From positions 1,944 to 65,943 of the forward strand of contig CAZCSK010000005.1 in the NCBI GenBank assembly GCA_964501265.1: a stretch of DNA of 64,000 nucleotides, in the 5' to 3' direction. The position numbers and the translations under genes were made by a program. Positions 16,968 to 26,597 of the stretch are shown piece by piece (position 1 is the first letter of the stretch; each line of letters starts with the position of its first letter). The stretch is from an uncultured Actinomycetes bacterium. GTDB taxonomy: Bacteria; Actinomycetota; CADDZG01; JAHWKV01. Below the pieces are notes generated by a model, which saw only the letters and a program-made list of their open reading frames with translations, was not told the DNA's origin and did not search any database.

Positions 16968-19900
16968 CGTCCCGCTGATCCCGAACTGGAGTACCACAAT
17001 TTCCGGGAATTGTTAGCCGCCAGATCGATCACCTCCTCCGCCAAAATCGACACGCCTTTGGCGCCGGTGCGCCGCAACGTCCCTCTTACCGCGAGTATCC
17101 ACCCGTCGAATACCAATCTTGCGTACTTGCGCTGAGCCTCATCAAAAAAAGTTACGTCGGACTGGCCGGTGCCGTCCTCAAGTGTCAAAAACACAACTCG
17201 CTTTCCGGATTTGGTAGGTGGAGTTTGGGTTGCGACCTTCACGCCCGCCACCACCACTGTCGCTCCGCCTCTTAGGCTCCGCAACTCGCAGGCTTTGGTC
17301 CACCCCAAAGATTCGAGGCGAGAGGCGTAAAAGGAAATTAGATGCCTGGATGCGTCAAGGCCGGTTACTTCCAGCTCCGCAGACACCCGTTCGCGGGCCG
17401 AGTAGTCGGCGATTCCGGGCAGGCGAACCTGTTCGATCTCAAATAAGTCCAGTGATGTCTGTTCGGCCCTCTGGCGCTGTCGATCCGACCAGTTATGTTC
17501 GACTTCCCAAAAAAGCTCTCTTCGCGACGCCTTGCCTTTTACTCCGTCGAACGCCCCGCAATGAACGAGCGCCTCGGCGACGGAGCGAGAGACTTCGGCC
17601 CTCCTGCAAAAATCCCTGAAACTCCTCCACGGTCGCCCCTGGATGATCGAGTCGATCTCAGCGTCGGAAATACCTTTGACGTCCTGCAGCCCCAGCCGAA
17701 TCCTCCACCCGGCCGCCGCACCTTCGAAGGTAGCTTGGTCGTTAGGGGTGGCTGAGCAACCATTTCCGACCAAGGTGGGGTGGGTCGTAGCTCCCTCGAC
17801 GCAGTAAGCCGCCCAGGAGGCATTCACATCCACCGGAAGAATCGGAACCCCGTGGGCCCGGGCGTCGGCCAAGATCGCCCGGCGGGGATACATACCGGGG
17901 TCGTGAGTCAAAACTCCGCAATAGAACTCGGCCGGATAATGAGTTTTTAGCCAGGCCGACTGATAGGTGGGAACAGCAAAGGCAGCGGCGTGAGCCTTGC
18001 AGAAACCAAACGATGCAAATGAAGCGATCTCACGCCAAATCTTCGACGCCACATCTTTCTTAAAGCCTCGCTCGACCGCCTTAGCGACGATTTCTGTTCC
18101 CACAGCATCGACCACTTCTACATCGCCCGGCTTCATGGCATCCTCATCGCCCAAGCCGCCGCCCAAAGACCGGCGAATCTTGTCTGACTCTCCCAAAGTG
18201 CAACCGGTCAAAGCGCTGATCACCCTCATCACCTGCTCGTGAAAGACGATCACACCCTTGGTCTCTTTCAAGATGGGCCGCAGCGATGGATGCTGGTATT
18301 CGGGATACTCCAGGCCCATCCTGCGATTCAAAAAGGGCCTGATCATGTCGGCCTTCATCGGCCCCGGCCGAAACAGCGATATATCGACGATCAAATCCTC
18401 GAACCGCTCGGGCTGGAACTTGCCCAGCAGTTCACGCTGACCGGGAGACTCGATCTGGAAACACCCCATGGTGCGAGAATCACGGATCAACTCGAAAGTT
18501 TGGGCATCATCGCGCGATATCTCATCTATTGAGGGACGATGCCCTCGCACCCGTTCGATTTCGTCCAACGTATGGGCAAAACTGGAAAGCATCCGCACGC
18601 CGAGCACGTCGAGTTTGGCTATGCCAAGGGTTTCAACGTCGTCTTTGTCGAATTGGCTCATCAAGAATCCTTGAAACGATCGCTGCATCGGCATGAGGTC
18701 ACCCAACTTGGAATCCGAAAGAATCACGCCCGACGGATGCATCGCTAGATGGCGGGGATAGGAATCGAGTCGTGCGGCGAGATCGAACAGGGTCTCGAGT
18801 CGAGATGCGCCCAGATGCATACCGGCGACTTCCGGAAGCGACTCTAGAGCCTCAGGGATCGAACCGGCGGATACGTGGGGGAAGGCTTTGGCCACTGTGT
18901 CGATCTCGGTCTGACTGATCCCGAGGGCCTTGCCTACTTCCCGCAAGGCGGCGCGGGCCTTGAAGGTCTCCATCATCGCCACCATCGCGGTGCGCTCCCC
19001 GTAGGTGGAAAGGATGTAATCGTTCACTTCCTCCCGGCGGGCGGACTCAAAATCGATGTCGATGTCGGGAATCTCCCTGCGGTGGGAATTCATGAATCTT
19101 TCGAACACCAGGTCGTAGCGCACAGGGTCGACATCGGATATCCCGAGCGCATAAGCCACCAACGACCCAGCCGCGCTCCCCCGGCATGCGCAGCGAATGC
19201 CCATGACCTTCTTCGCATGGTCGACGATGTCGGCCACCAACACGAAGTACCCGCAAAACCCGCCCTTTCGGATCGTCTTCAGTTCGCTTTGAAGCCTGTC
19301 TTCGATGGGCCTCGTGACCTTGCAGTAACGGCGGGCCAGCCCTTCGAAACATCTGCGAGCAAGCGCGCCGGTGGAAGACAGACCGGCCTCGGCGGCGGGG
19401 TCGGGGAAGTGAAACTCCCCGAGCGCAAACTCATAACCGCATTGGTCGGCCACCCACCTTGCACCCTCAATCGCCTCCGGCGTGTGCAGCTCGGCCATTT
19501 GCTCGGGAGATTTCAGCCAGTACTCAATGTTTCGTCGAGGAACTGTCTGTTTGGTGAGTGGAACGATTTTACGTATGCATTCGAGGACATCGTGGACCAC
19601 GGCGTCTTTGGGAGTGACGTAATGGACGTTGTTCGTAGCAACAGTCCTTAGTTGCAACGAAGCGGCGAGTTTGGTGAGCCTTGCCGTTCGAAGGACATCG
19701 CCTTCAAGGAGATGATTAGTGATTTCGATTGCGAAACGCTCGGGTCCAAACACATCCAACCAGCGGCGTGTCGCGGCCAGCGCAAGGTCGCGTTGACCGA
19801 TAGACAAAAGCCACGGGATCTCGCCTCGTTCGCAACCGCTAAGTGCAATCAGACCCTCAGAGTGTTTCGCCAAGGAGTCGAAAGTAGTGCGCGGTCTTAC

Positions 19901-20227
19901 CCCCGGCGCGAGAGATTGGCTTCTTTGATCAAGGTGCATCGAGGTGACGAGCTTGCAAAGGTTCGACCAGCCTTTAGCGTTTTGAGTCAGAAGGGTGACG
20001 TGATAGCCGTCTCCCCACTCGAGTTCGGCCCCCAGGATCGGACGTATGCCTGCTTCTTTACAAGCAAGCGTGAAGCGGACGGCGCCGTACATGCCATCGT
20101 GATCGGTGAGCGCGAGCGCATCCATCCCCATGGCAACGGCGGACTGAGCAAGGTCTTCCACGCGGGCAGCGCCCTCGCGCAGCGAGTAATTCGAGTGAAC
20201 ATGAAGGTGGACGAAGCGCGCGGTCAT
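16964..20227 (-). CDS. dnaE2: Error-prone C-family DNA polymerase
   Basis: HLHVHS.YS PHP domain, RGSAAGS, PDIDID, KLDVLG, FGFCKAHA, C-terminal RKLWYSSSGSAG. Lies in an SOS-boxed operon. Confidence 0.88.
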   Translation of the reverse strand: MTARFVHLHVHSNYSLREGAARVEDLAQSAVAMGMDALALTDHDGMYGAVRFTLACKEAGIRPILGAELEWGDGYHVTLLTQNAKGWSNLCKLVTSMHLDQRSQSLAPGVRPRTTFDSLAKHSEGLIALSGCERGEIPWLLSIGQRDLALAATRRWLDVFGPERFAIEITNHLLEGDVLRTARLTKLAASLQLRTVATNNVHYVTPKDAVVHDVLECIRKIVPLTKQTVPRRNIEYWLKSPEQMAELHTPEAIEGARWVADQCGYEFALGEFHFPDPAAEAGLSSTGALARRCFEGLARRYCKVTRPIEDRLQSELKTIRKGGFCGYFVLVADIVDHAKKVMGIRCACRGSAAGSLVAYALGISDVDPVRYDLVFERFMNSHRREIPDIDIDFESARREEVNDYILSTYGERTAMVAMMETFKARAALREVGKALGISQTEIDTVAKAFPHVSAGSIPEALESLPEVAGMHLGASRLETLFDLAARLDSYPRHLAMHPSGVILSDSKLGDLMPMQRSFQGFLMSQFDKDDVETLGIAKLDVLGVRMLSSFAHTLDEIERVRGHRPSIDEISRDDAQTFELIRDSRTMGCFQIESPGQRELLGKFQPERFEDLIVDISLFRPGPMKADMIRPFLNRRMGLEYPEYQHPSLRPILKETKGVIVFHEQVMRVISALTGCTLGESDKIRRSLGGGLGDEDAMKPGDVEVVDAVGTEIVAKAVERGFKKDVASKIWREIASFASFGFCKAHAAAFAVPTYQSAWLKTHYPAEFYCGVLTHDPGMYPRRAILADARAHGVPILPVDVNASWAAYCVEGATTHPTLVGNGCSATPNDQATFEGAAAGWRIRLGLQDVKGISDAEIDSIIQGRPWRSFRDFCRRAEVSRSVAEALVHCGAFDGVKGKASRRELFWEVEHNWSDRQRQRAEQTSLDLFEIEQVRLPGIADYSARERVSAELEVTGLDASRHLISFYASRLESLGWTKACELRSLRGGATVVVAGVKVATQTPPTKSGKRVVFLTLEDGTGQSDVTFFDEAQRKYARLVFDGWILAVRGTLRRTGAKGVSILAEEVIDLAANNSRKLWYSSSGSAGR

Positions 20228-20263
20228 CTAAGCCTTGCTTGATCACTTGGGGATTTAGGAGAG

Positions 20264-20318
20264 TGACGAGCGCCCGAAGCGGGAGCGCACGGAGAGAGCT
20301 AACTCCGGGCGCTCGTCA
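20264..20318 (-). other. Strong intercistronic hairpin between DUF6504 and dnaE2
   Basis: Minus strand TGACGAGCGCCCGGAG...CTTCGGGCGCTCGTCA, 16 bp with one G-U pair. Confidence 0.7.
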
Positions 20319-20594
20319 ATCCCACACCCTGGCCAGCCGCCATCGCGGCCGACCACGTCCGGCGAGCCGGTCGAGACGCAGGTCATAAGTTCCACCCTCG
20401 GCTTCGACCCGGAAGCATTCATGGTCCTGGGCGCGCTGCGGATCCCAGGCGCCTCCTGCTTCCCGCCAGTACTTGAGCAACCGGCCTACCGCATACCGGC
20501 GCCCACGCCAGCTGAAAGCGACGGGACCCATGCCCCGCAGGCCCTCTGCTTCAATGACCTCCACCTCGATCGGCTCGTCGTACCTTTTTGACAT
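20316..20594 (-). CDS. DUF6504-like small protein
   Basis: EPIEV...P.AF.WRGRRY.V......W......W...W.L.RVWD. Confidence 0.8.
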   Translation of the reverse strand: MSKRYDEPIEVEVIEAEGLRGMGPVAFSWRGRRYAVGRLLKYWREAGGAWDPQRAQDHECFRVEAEGGTYDLRLDRLAGRGRPRWRLARVWD

Positions 20595-20602
20595 TTTTTC
20601 TC

Positions 20603-20658
20603 CCGAACATCTGTTCGTAGGGGAAAGTAACCGTACACCTGTTCGATTCGCATGTCAA
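20603..20658 (-). promoter_or_regulatory. SOS promoter with two LexA boxes
   Basis: CGAAC-ATCT-GTTCG (20604-20617) and CGTAC-ACCT-GTTCG (20632-20645). Minus strand TTGACA-17nt-TACGGT. Confidence 0.88.
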
Positions 20659-20680
20659 TAAGAAAGCCCAGGAATCTATA

Positions 20681-20713
20681 AAAACTAGAAAAGCCCCCAG
20701 ATCGGGGGCCTTT
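20681..20713 (-). terminator. Intrinsic terminator after the ECF sigma operon
   Basis: Minus strand GCCCCC-GATCT-GGGGGC followed by TTTTCTAGTTTT. Confidence 0.75.
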
Positions 20714-20731
20714 AATGGATCTGAAAGGTTC

Positions 20732-21322
20732 TTATTCGCCCGGTACCGGTGGTCCTCTACCGTGGTCTGGCTGCGGATCGGTCACTGTATCGGTCACGGT
20801 GGACGTCGGTGGATTGCTGGGCTGGCTGCCTTCCGAGCCGCGATTCTGATTCGCTGCGTCGGAAACGGCGTCACCCTTATCTTTGCCTGAGTCAAATTCC
20901 TGATCAAGAACGCCGTGAACGTCCTCGCTTACGCTCTTGTCCCCGCCCTGACCGGCGTCGACGGAGTTTTCGTTGCGATGGGCATCGGATGCGGGAAGAG
21001 TAAAGCCTGCCTTGGCAGCAGCGTCCGAAAGGGCATTTTGCACTGCATCGGGCAGAGCCCCTGCATAAGCCAGACCCCCAAAAGCGCCGGTCGCCAGCAC
21101 CGCTGCTGCGGCAATACGAGCCGCGCGACGCCGAGCAACAGCGGGGCGTTTGGCCACGCTCATCACTTGGGCAAGGTGAGTCTGGCGAGCACCATCGCTG
21201 GGCTCAGATACAAAAGCTTGGCGAACTCGTCCGACCAAAGCCTCAAGATCGGAATCTGATGCGATCAGCCGGTCGAATTCCTCGTCGCGGTTTTTCTTCA
21301 TTTGACTACTTAAGCGCCCCAC
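20732..21322 (-). CDS. Probable membrane-anchored anti-sigma-like protein
   Basis: Overlaps the ECF sigma 3' end. One hydrophobic helix (AAAAVLATGAFGGLAYAGALP) and a low-complexity C-terminus. Confidence 0.6.
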   Translation of the reverse strand: MGRLSSQMKKNRDEEFDRLIASDSDLEALVGRVRQAFVSEPSDGARQTHLAQVMSVAKRPAVARRRAARIAAAAVLATGAFGGLAYAGALPDAVQNALSDAAAKAGFTLPASDAHRNENSVDAGQGGDKSVSEDVHGVLDQEFDSGKDKGDAVSDAANQNRGSEGSQPSNPPTSTVTDTVTDPQPDHGRGPPVPGE

Positions 21323-21866
21323 GAGAGCGAAAGGGTACGCCTTCAGGAGAAATTTCTTTTCTCAGGGCCTCCAGGCCCCGTCGCTGTAGGGCTTGAACTG
21401 CCCCCGGACGCTTACCAAGAATCCGGGCGATCTCACTCACTCCGAGCTCCGCCACTATGCGCAGAAGCAAGACATCGCGCTGGTCGATGGTGAGCGACGA
21501 GATCGCTCGTTTGACCTCCTCATCCGACATTCGCTGGAGGGCCTCTTCTGCGACGTCGCCTCCGGCTCGGACAGCAAGAGCCTCCTCCCCTACGGTAGAA
21601 GGGCGTCTCTTGCGCTTGCGGAAGTCGTCCATCAAGCGGTGGTGGGCGATGGTGAAAACCCAAGATCGAAAATCCGGTTCCGTGCCAGTAAAGCGGCGGA
21701 TGTCCCTCACCACTTGAAGAAAGACTTCACCCGTGACATCCTCTGGGTCATCGGCTCCTCTCGCACGACAAAACCCGAGCACGGAGGGGGCCAGCCAGTC
21801 GTAAATATGCTCCCACGCCCTCTCATCGCCGCTGCGAGCCCCTGTGAGGGCAGCTTCAAATTCCAT
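21306..21866 (-). CDS. ECF RNA polymerase sigma factor
   Basis: EDVTGEVFLQV, FRSWVFTIAH.R.MD..R, region-4 EIA.ILGK..GAV..LQ.R. Confidence 0.93.
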   Translation of the reverse strand: MEFEAALTGARSGDERAWEHIYDWLAPSVLGFCRARGADDPEDVTGEVFLQVVRDIRRFTGTEPDFRSWVFTIAHHRLMDDFRKRKRRPSTVGEEALAVRAGGDVAEEALQRMSDEEVKRAISSLTIDQRDVLLLRIVAELGVSEIARILGKRPGAVQALQRRGLEALRKEISPEGVPFRSRGALK

Positions 21867-21980
21867 GTTGAAACCCTAACCCGGCAACCATTCCAAAATT
21901 ATTGGGGGTCAGCCCTCCCGGAGTTTAGAGAGAAGTCGTGAGTGGCCGGCCCCAGGGCAAGTTGATCAGCTCGGTATCAC

Positions 21981-22319
21981 TTAAGGATCTACTAGCGCCA
22001 GAATCTTCGCAGTGGCTTCCTCTATCACGCCATCAGGCGCGGGGCATAACCGCTCAGCCTTGCGAACGCGCCAATCGAGGCTCTTGACTTGGTCGCACAG
22101 GACAGCCCCGGTTGCTTTGGATCCCTTGGGAATCTCGACTTCGAACGGATACCCCTTGACGTTGGAAGTGATAGGGCAAAAGAGAGCGAGCCCAACCTTG
22201 CGGTTGTACGCCTTCGGTGAAATAACCAGGGCGGGTCTACGCCCGGCCTGCTCGTGTCCAGTCCGTGGATCGAAGTGCAACCAAACGATGTCACCTCGAT
22301 CCGGCGCGTACTGGGCCAC
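21981..22319 (-). CDS. mazF: MazF endoribonuclease toxin
   Basis: PDRGDIVW..F.P..GHEQAG.RPALV.SP..YN, CPIT..KGYPFEV, DQVKSLDW..R. Confidence 0.95.
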   Translation of the reverse strand: MAQYAPDRGDIVWLHFDPRTGHEQAGRRPALVISPKAYNRKVGLALFCPITSNVKGYPFEVEIPKGSKATGAVLCDQVKSLDWRVRKAERLCPAPDGVIEEATAKILALVDP

Positions 22320-22558
22320 TACCAGACCTCTCGCCCGACTGGCGACCCTGATTCGACTGCATCGTGAACATTCTTCGCCGTGATCGCCTTGACGAGTGAG
22401 GCTAGGTCGTACCGCCTCCGAAGGGGCCGAATAACTAATTCGTTGCCCTCGACGGCGATGTCCACTATGGAGCCAGCCTTGACCTGGGTTTCTTCGGCGA
22501 ATGCCTTAGGGATTCGAAGCCCGAGACTATTTCCCCATCGCTGTATTTTCGTGTGCAT
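22319..22558 (-). CDS. mazE: MazE (AbrB-fold) antitoxin
   Basis: QRWGNSLGLRIPK, C-terminal PVGREVW. Coupled to mazF. Confidence 0.93.
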   Translation of the reverse strand: MHTKIQRWGNSLGLRIPKAFAEETQVKAGSIVDIAVEGNELVIRPLRRRYDLASLVKAITAKNVHDAVESGSPVGREVW

Positions 22559-22693
22559 CCTGCTCTCCCAAAGCTCTAGGATATACATTGACTATACATA
22601 CGGCGATGGAGCATGTCCAGTTCGCACGAAGCTTTAGGCGCTTAAGCAGCTAGCTTACGACGGACCCCTCAGGGAACGTGACGAAGATCGCTC

Positions 22694-22993
22694 TTAGAAG
22701 AAGCCGAGGGCCGATCGAGCGAAGTCGCTCATGCGGTCGGGACCCCAGGGAGGGGTCATGGTTAGTTCCGTAGTTACGCTCGACAGCCCCTCAATGCCGG
22801 TAAGAGCATCGCGAATATCGGTCTCGATCTGGGCCCCCGCGGGGCACCCCATCGACGTAAGCGTGAACAGGACGTGCGCGTCGCCGTCGGCAACCTTAAC
22901 GTCGTAGATGAGGCCCAGGTCGACGATGTTGATCCCAATCTCGGGATCTACAACGACCTTTAGGGCCTCACGTAGTTCCTCTTCTGTTTGCAT
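22694..22993 (-). CDS. Metal-sulfur cluster assembly factor (DUF59/SufT-like)
   Basis: V.DPEIGINIVDLGLIY, TLTS.GCP, PPW...RMS. Confidence 0.9.
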   Translation of the reverse strand: MQTEEELREALKVVVDPEIGINIVDLGLIYDVKVADGDAHVLFTLTSMGCPAGAQIETDIRDALTGIEGLSSVTTELTMTPPWGPDRMSDFARSALGFF

Positions 22994-22994
22994 G

Positions 22995-23843
22995 TCAACT
23001 CAGTGTAAACCCCAGAAGGGCTTCTGCATTGCCGAACAGAACCCGCTGCGCGGCTTCGGGGGGAATCCCTAGTTGATCGAACTCCTCGAGGCAGCGCGCG
23101 GGATGCAGGAACGGGTAGTCACTTCCCCACAGAAACTGCTTACTGAGCCGGCCCCCCATCTCCTTCACAACCTCAGCCGGGATATAGCGGGGCGCCCAAC
23201 CTGAGATGTCGAGATAAACATTGGTCTTGTGAAGGGCCATGGCAATCGCTTCGGTGTGCCAGGGCCAGCCGAAGTGAGCCATCACGATTTTCAGGTTCGG
23301 GAAGCGCGCGGCGACCGGGTCGAGCAGAATCGGGCGGGCAAAGTCGATGCGTATTCCCTGGCCCCCCGGAGTTCCCGCCCCGATCCCAGATGTCCCCGTG
23401 TGAAAGATGCACACGGCTCCGAGTTCTTCAGCGGCAGCCCAAAGCTCGAAAAACCGCTCATCGCCAGGATCGAAGTTCTGCATGGACGGATGAAACTTGC
23501 CGCCCTTCATGCCGAGTTGCTTGATGCTGCGACTCAACTCCTCGGCGGCATTCGGTTTATGCGGATCTATTCCAGCGAAAGCAACGAATCGATCCGGGTA
23601 TCGGGCCGCGGTGGCGGCAACGTCGTCGTTAGAAAGCGGGGGACGCCCTGTGAAGGTCTCGGCATCCCAGCCGAGCAGAACGCCGACGATGTCCAGGGCT
23701 GCGAACTCATTCGCAAGCTGTTCCATTGTCTTCAGTTCCACTTTTGCGCGAAAGTACCGCTCGGCGCTTTCGCGGTAGGGCCCCATGCTGCCCTCAATCC
23801 ACTCCTTTGTGGGCAGGTGTACGTGAAAATCGATCGCCCTCAT
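22995..23843 (-). CDS. Amidohydrolase_2 family protein
   Basis: IDFHVH, KFHP, FHTG, MAHFGWPW, GSDYP. Confidence 0.88.
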   Translation of the reverse strand: MRAIDFHVHLPTKEWIEGSMGPYRESAERYFRAKVELKTMEQLANEFAALDIVGVLLGWDAETFTGRPPLSNDDVAATAARYPDRFVAFAGIDPHKPNAAEELSRSIKQLGMKGGKFHPSMQNFDPGDERFFELWAAAEELGAVCIFHTGTSGIGAGTPGGQGIRIDFARPILLDPVAARFPNLKIVMAHFGWPWHTEAIAMALHKTNVYLDISGWAPRYIPAEVVKEMGGRLSKQFLWGSDYPFLHPARCLEEFDQLGIPPEAAQRVLFGNAEALLGFTLS

Positions 23844-24877
23844 AGGAAGTAGAACGATATTCCCATGATGACGTAGGCTGCGATCAGCTGAGCCCCCTCA
23901 AGCCAGTTAGAACGACCGTCAAGGGCTATGAACGCCACTATGGCCGCCGACATCCCCACCACGGCCACTTCGAATCCCGAAAAGAAAAAGTCCATCGGCT
24001 TGCCGACAGCAAGGGATATGAAGACCAACAGCGGGGCGATGAACAGCGCAATCTGGGTCGATGATCCGACCGCGATCTCGATCGCCGTATCAACTTTGTT
24101 TTTCATCGCGAGAAAGATGGCGCTGGAATGTTCGGCGGCATTGCCTACGATCGGTATGAGGATAAGCCCTACGAACAGCTTCGACATCCCTATCGTTTCG
24201 GTGGCCGCTTCTAAGGATGACACGAGCAGCTCGCTCTCCAGGGCTACAAACACCGTGGCAGCAGCAAGCAATCCTCCGGCTGCCCGTCGTGACATCTTGG
24301 CGGTCTCCTGCTCGTGATAAATGGCGAAGATGTCCTGATGGGTCACAAATGAAAAAATCAGTGAGGATACGTACAGCACGATCAAAACCCCTGCCACTCC
24401 GAGGGATACGGCCTCTTCGGCTGCAAAGGAAGCGTTGGGTACGGCTCCATGAAAAAGAGCCGGCATCATGATTCCGACGACCGCCAGGACTAGCGATGCG
24501 GTGTGCATCCCCGCCACACGAGAGTTAAATTCCTGCTCTCTGAACTTGATGCCGCCAAGAAGGAAGGCGGCCCCCAACACTAGGAGCAAGTTGCCGATGA
24601 TCGAACCGGTGATCGTGACCTTCACTACCTCGGCTTCACCGGCGCGGATAAGAAATATGGCAATGATGAGTTCGGTCACGTTTCCGAAGGTGGCGTTGAG
24701 CAATCCACCGATCCGCGGGCCGGTGTGGATGGCGAGATCCTCGGTGGCCCGGCCTATCAAGCCCGCCAGAGGGATGATGGCGATAATGGCAGTGACAAAA
24801 GTTAGCGTTTCCAAGCCCAGGCGCGAGGCGACGATCGAGACCGGGACGGCGACCAACCCCCAGCGTAGTTTTTTCAT
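23840..24877 (-). CDS. Ca2+/H+ antiporter (CAX)
   Basis: LLNATFGN.TE, GSIIGNLLLVLG, GNAAEH, GSSTQIALF, SNWLEG. Confidence 0.93.
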   Translation of the reverse strand: MKKLRWGLVAVPVSIVASRLGLETLTFVTAIIAIIPLAGLIGRATEDLAIHTGPRIGGLLNATFGNVTELIIAIFLIRAGEAEVVKVTITGSIIGNLLLVLGAAFLLGGIKFREQEFNSRVAGMHTASLVLAVVGIMMPALFHGAVPNASFAAEEAVSLGVAGVLIVLYVSSLIFSFVTHQDIFAIYHEQETAKMSRRAAGGLLAAATVFVALESELLVSSLEAATETIGMSKLFVGLILIPIVGNAAEHSSAIFLAMKNKVDTAIEIAVGSSTQIALFIAPLLVFISLAVGKPMDFFFSGFEVAVVGMSAAIVAFIALDGRSNWLEGAQLIAAYVIMGISFYFL

Positions 24878-24911
24878 GAAGTCCAAACCCTATCTGACGA
24901 CACGGTCGACT

Positions 24912-24987
24912 TGGGGGGCCCGGGGGGGTAGCAGCCGCCAACAAGGAGGACTTGTGCGCGCCAGAAGCTGCGAACCCCCCGAATCAA
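24912..24987 (+). repeat. G-rich palindromic element, copy C (intergenic, next to a start codon)
   Basis: GGGGGGCCCGGGGGGGTAGCAGCCGCCAACAAGGAGGACTTGTGCGCGCCAGAAGCTGCGAACCCCCCGAATCAA. Confidence 0.93.
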
Positions 24988-24988
24988 G

Positions 24989-25732
24989 ATGACGGCGGAA
25001 TTCACCAATCCCAACGCAGTGCCGTCGCTACTTTCAGATCCCGACACAGTCGCTTTTTCGATAGTGACCTTCGGAGATGGCTGGCCGGAAGATCTTGTCC
25101 GCCTGGCTAACGGCCTATCTGCCCATTGTGGTCATCTCAACTACGAGATCGTCGCGGTCTGTAATGGATCCGACGAACTTCAGGCGTCGGCCGATAAGAC
25201 TGGCGCACGGGTTATTGCCTTCAAGCAGCGAGTTGGATTCGGCGCCGGTCGAAATGCAGGGATCTTGCAGGCCTTGGGCGAGGTTGTTGTTATCGCCGAC
25301 ACCAGCATTGAACCGGTCGGGGATTTTCTGTCGCCGCTGGGGGCGGCTCTGGCGGACCGCTCCATCGGCATGGCCGGCGCTTGGGGACTCGTCACAGATG
25401 ACATGCGCTCGTTTGAGGAAGCCACCAGCGGCGAGGTCGACGCGCTTCAGGCCTACTGCATGGCGTTTAGACGGGCCGACGTCGCAGCCGTTGGTATGTT
25501 CGACCCGAAGTACAAGTTCTACCGAAATGCCGATATTGATTTCTCGATGCGATGGCGCGCCGCGGACCACAAGATCGTCGCGCTAAAGCTCCCACTCCTC
25601 CGGCACACCCACCGCGAATGGGAATCGCTTTCTGAAACCGAACGCGACAAGAAGAGCCGAGACAACTTCGCGCGATTTCTGCGTTCTTGGGGTGGGTATG
25701 GGCAAACTGCTGGAAGTAGACGCGATGAGTGA
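24989..25732 (+). CDS. GT2-like glycosyltransferase domain protein
   Basis: EIVAVCNGS, GFGAGRN.G, ADTS, FDPKY.FY...D.D.S.R. Confidence 0.75.
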   Translation: MTAEFTNPNAVPSLLSDPDTVAFSIVTFGDGWPEDLVRLANGLSAHCGHLNYEIVAVCNGSDELQASADKTGARVIAFKQRVGFGAGRNAGILQALGEVVVIADTSIEPVGDFLSPLGAALADRSIGMAGAWGLVTDDMRSFEEATSGEVDALQAYCMAFRRADVAAVGMFDPKYKFYRNADIDFSMRWRAADHKIVALKLPLLRHTHREWESLSETERDKKSRDNFARFLRSWGGYGQTAGSRRDE

Positions 25733-26555
25733 CGAAGTCGTCAAGCAAACGAGGCCCGTGAACGGCGATGATCGGGAACGACTTCGAGAGACGTTTGACG
25801 CGGTCGCAGATTCCTATGACAGCGCCCGACCCGACTATCCGCCCAAGCTCTTCGACGATTTTGCTGAGATCGCTAGGCTCCCAACCGGAGCCCGCTTACT
25901 AGAGATCGGGTGCGGAACCGGCAAGGCCACACGTCCTCTAGCGGAGCGGGGCTTTCGAATCTTTGCGCTTGAGTTGGGGGCCAACCTCGCGCGAGTGGCT
26001 CGCAAGACCTTCGCCAGCTTTCCGGATGTTGAAGTGGTGAACAGTGCGTTTGAAACATGGGACCACAGACCTTCCTTCTTCGACGCTGTCTTCGCGGCAA
26101 CGTCTTGGCACTGGCTGGACGCAAGCGTCAAGTACTCCAAGGCTGCGGCCCTACTTCGACCCCGTGGAGCCTTAGCATTCTGGAGCGCGACTCATGCCTT
26201 TCCGAAAGACTTCGATCCCTTCTTTACCGAGATCCAAGACGTATACGACGCCATAGGTGAAAGCTCCGAAGGCTCTTGGCCCCCACCCCCTCCCGAAGTT
26301 GTCCCGGACGAAGCGGCGGAAATACTCGGAACTGGACTATTCGAAGATGTTGTTGTGCGCCGTTATCTCTGGGAGATCACGTACACCGCCCAGGAGTACA
26401 TCCACCTCCTTGACACCTTTTCGGGGCACAGAGCTATGTCGCCAGAGAATCGAGACAGGTTGTACGCGGAGGTGCGCGCTCGCATCGCGCGCCGGCCCAG
26501 CCAAAACGTCAGGCGACACTGGCATTCGATACTTCACGTTGCTCGCCGGCCGTAG
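25725..26555 (+). CDS. Class I SAM-dependent methyltransferase
   Basis: YD.ARP.YP, LEIGCGTG, FDAVFAATSWHW. Confidence 0.9.
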   Translation: MSDEVVKQTRPVNGDDRERLRETFDAVADSYDSARPDYPPKLFDDFAEIARLPTGARLLEIGCGTGKATRPLAERGFRIFALELGANLARVARKTFASFPDVEVVNSAFETWDHRPSFFDAVFAATSWHWLDASVKYSKAAALLRPRGALAFWSATHAFPKDFDPFFTEIQDVYDAIGESSEGSWPPPPPEVVPDEAAEILGTGLFEDVVVRRYLWEITYTAQEYIHLLDTFSGHRAMSPENRDRLYAEVRARIARRPSQNVRRHWHSILHVARRP

Positions 26556-26597
26556 CGCCACCAAGGTAGCCCAGAGAAAACTGTGATTTTGACCGTC

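Noticed and set aside
21981-22558. mazEF as a marker of an island or prophage
   Set aside because: No integrase, att-like repeats or phage genes nearby.
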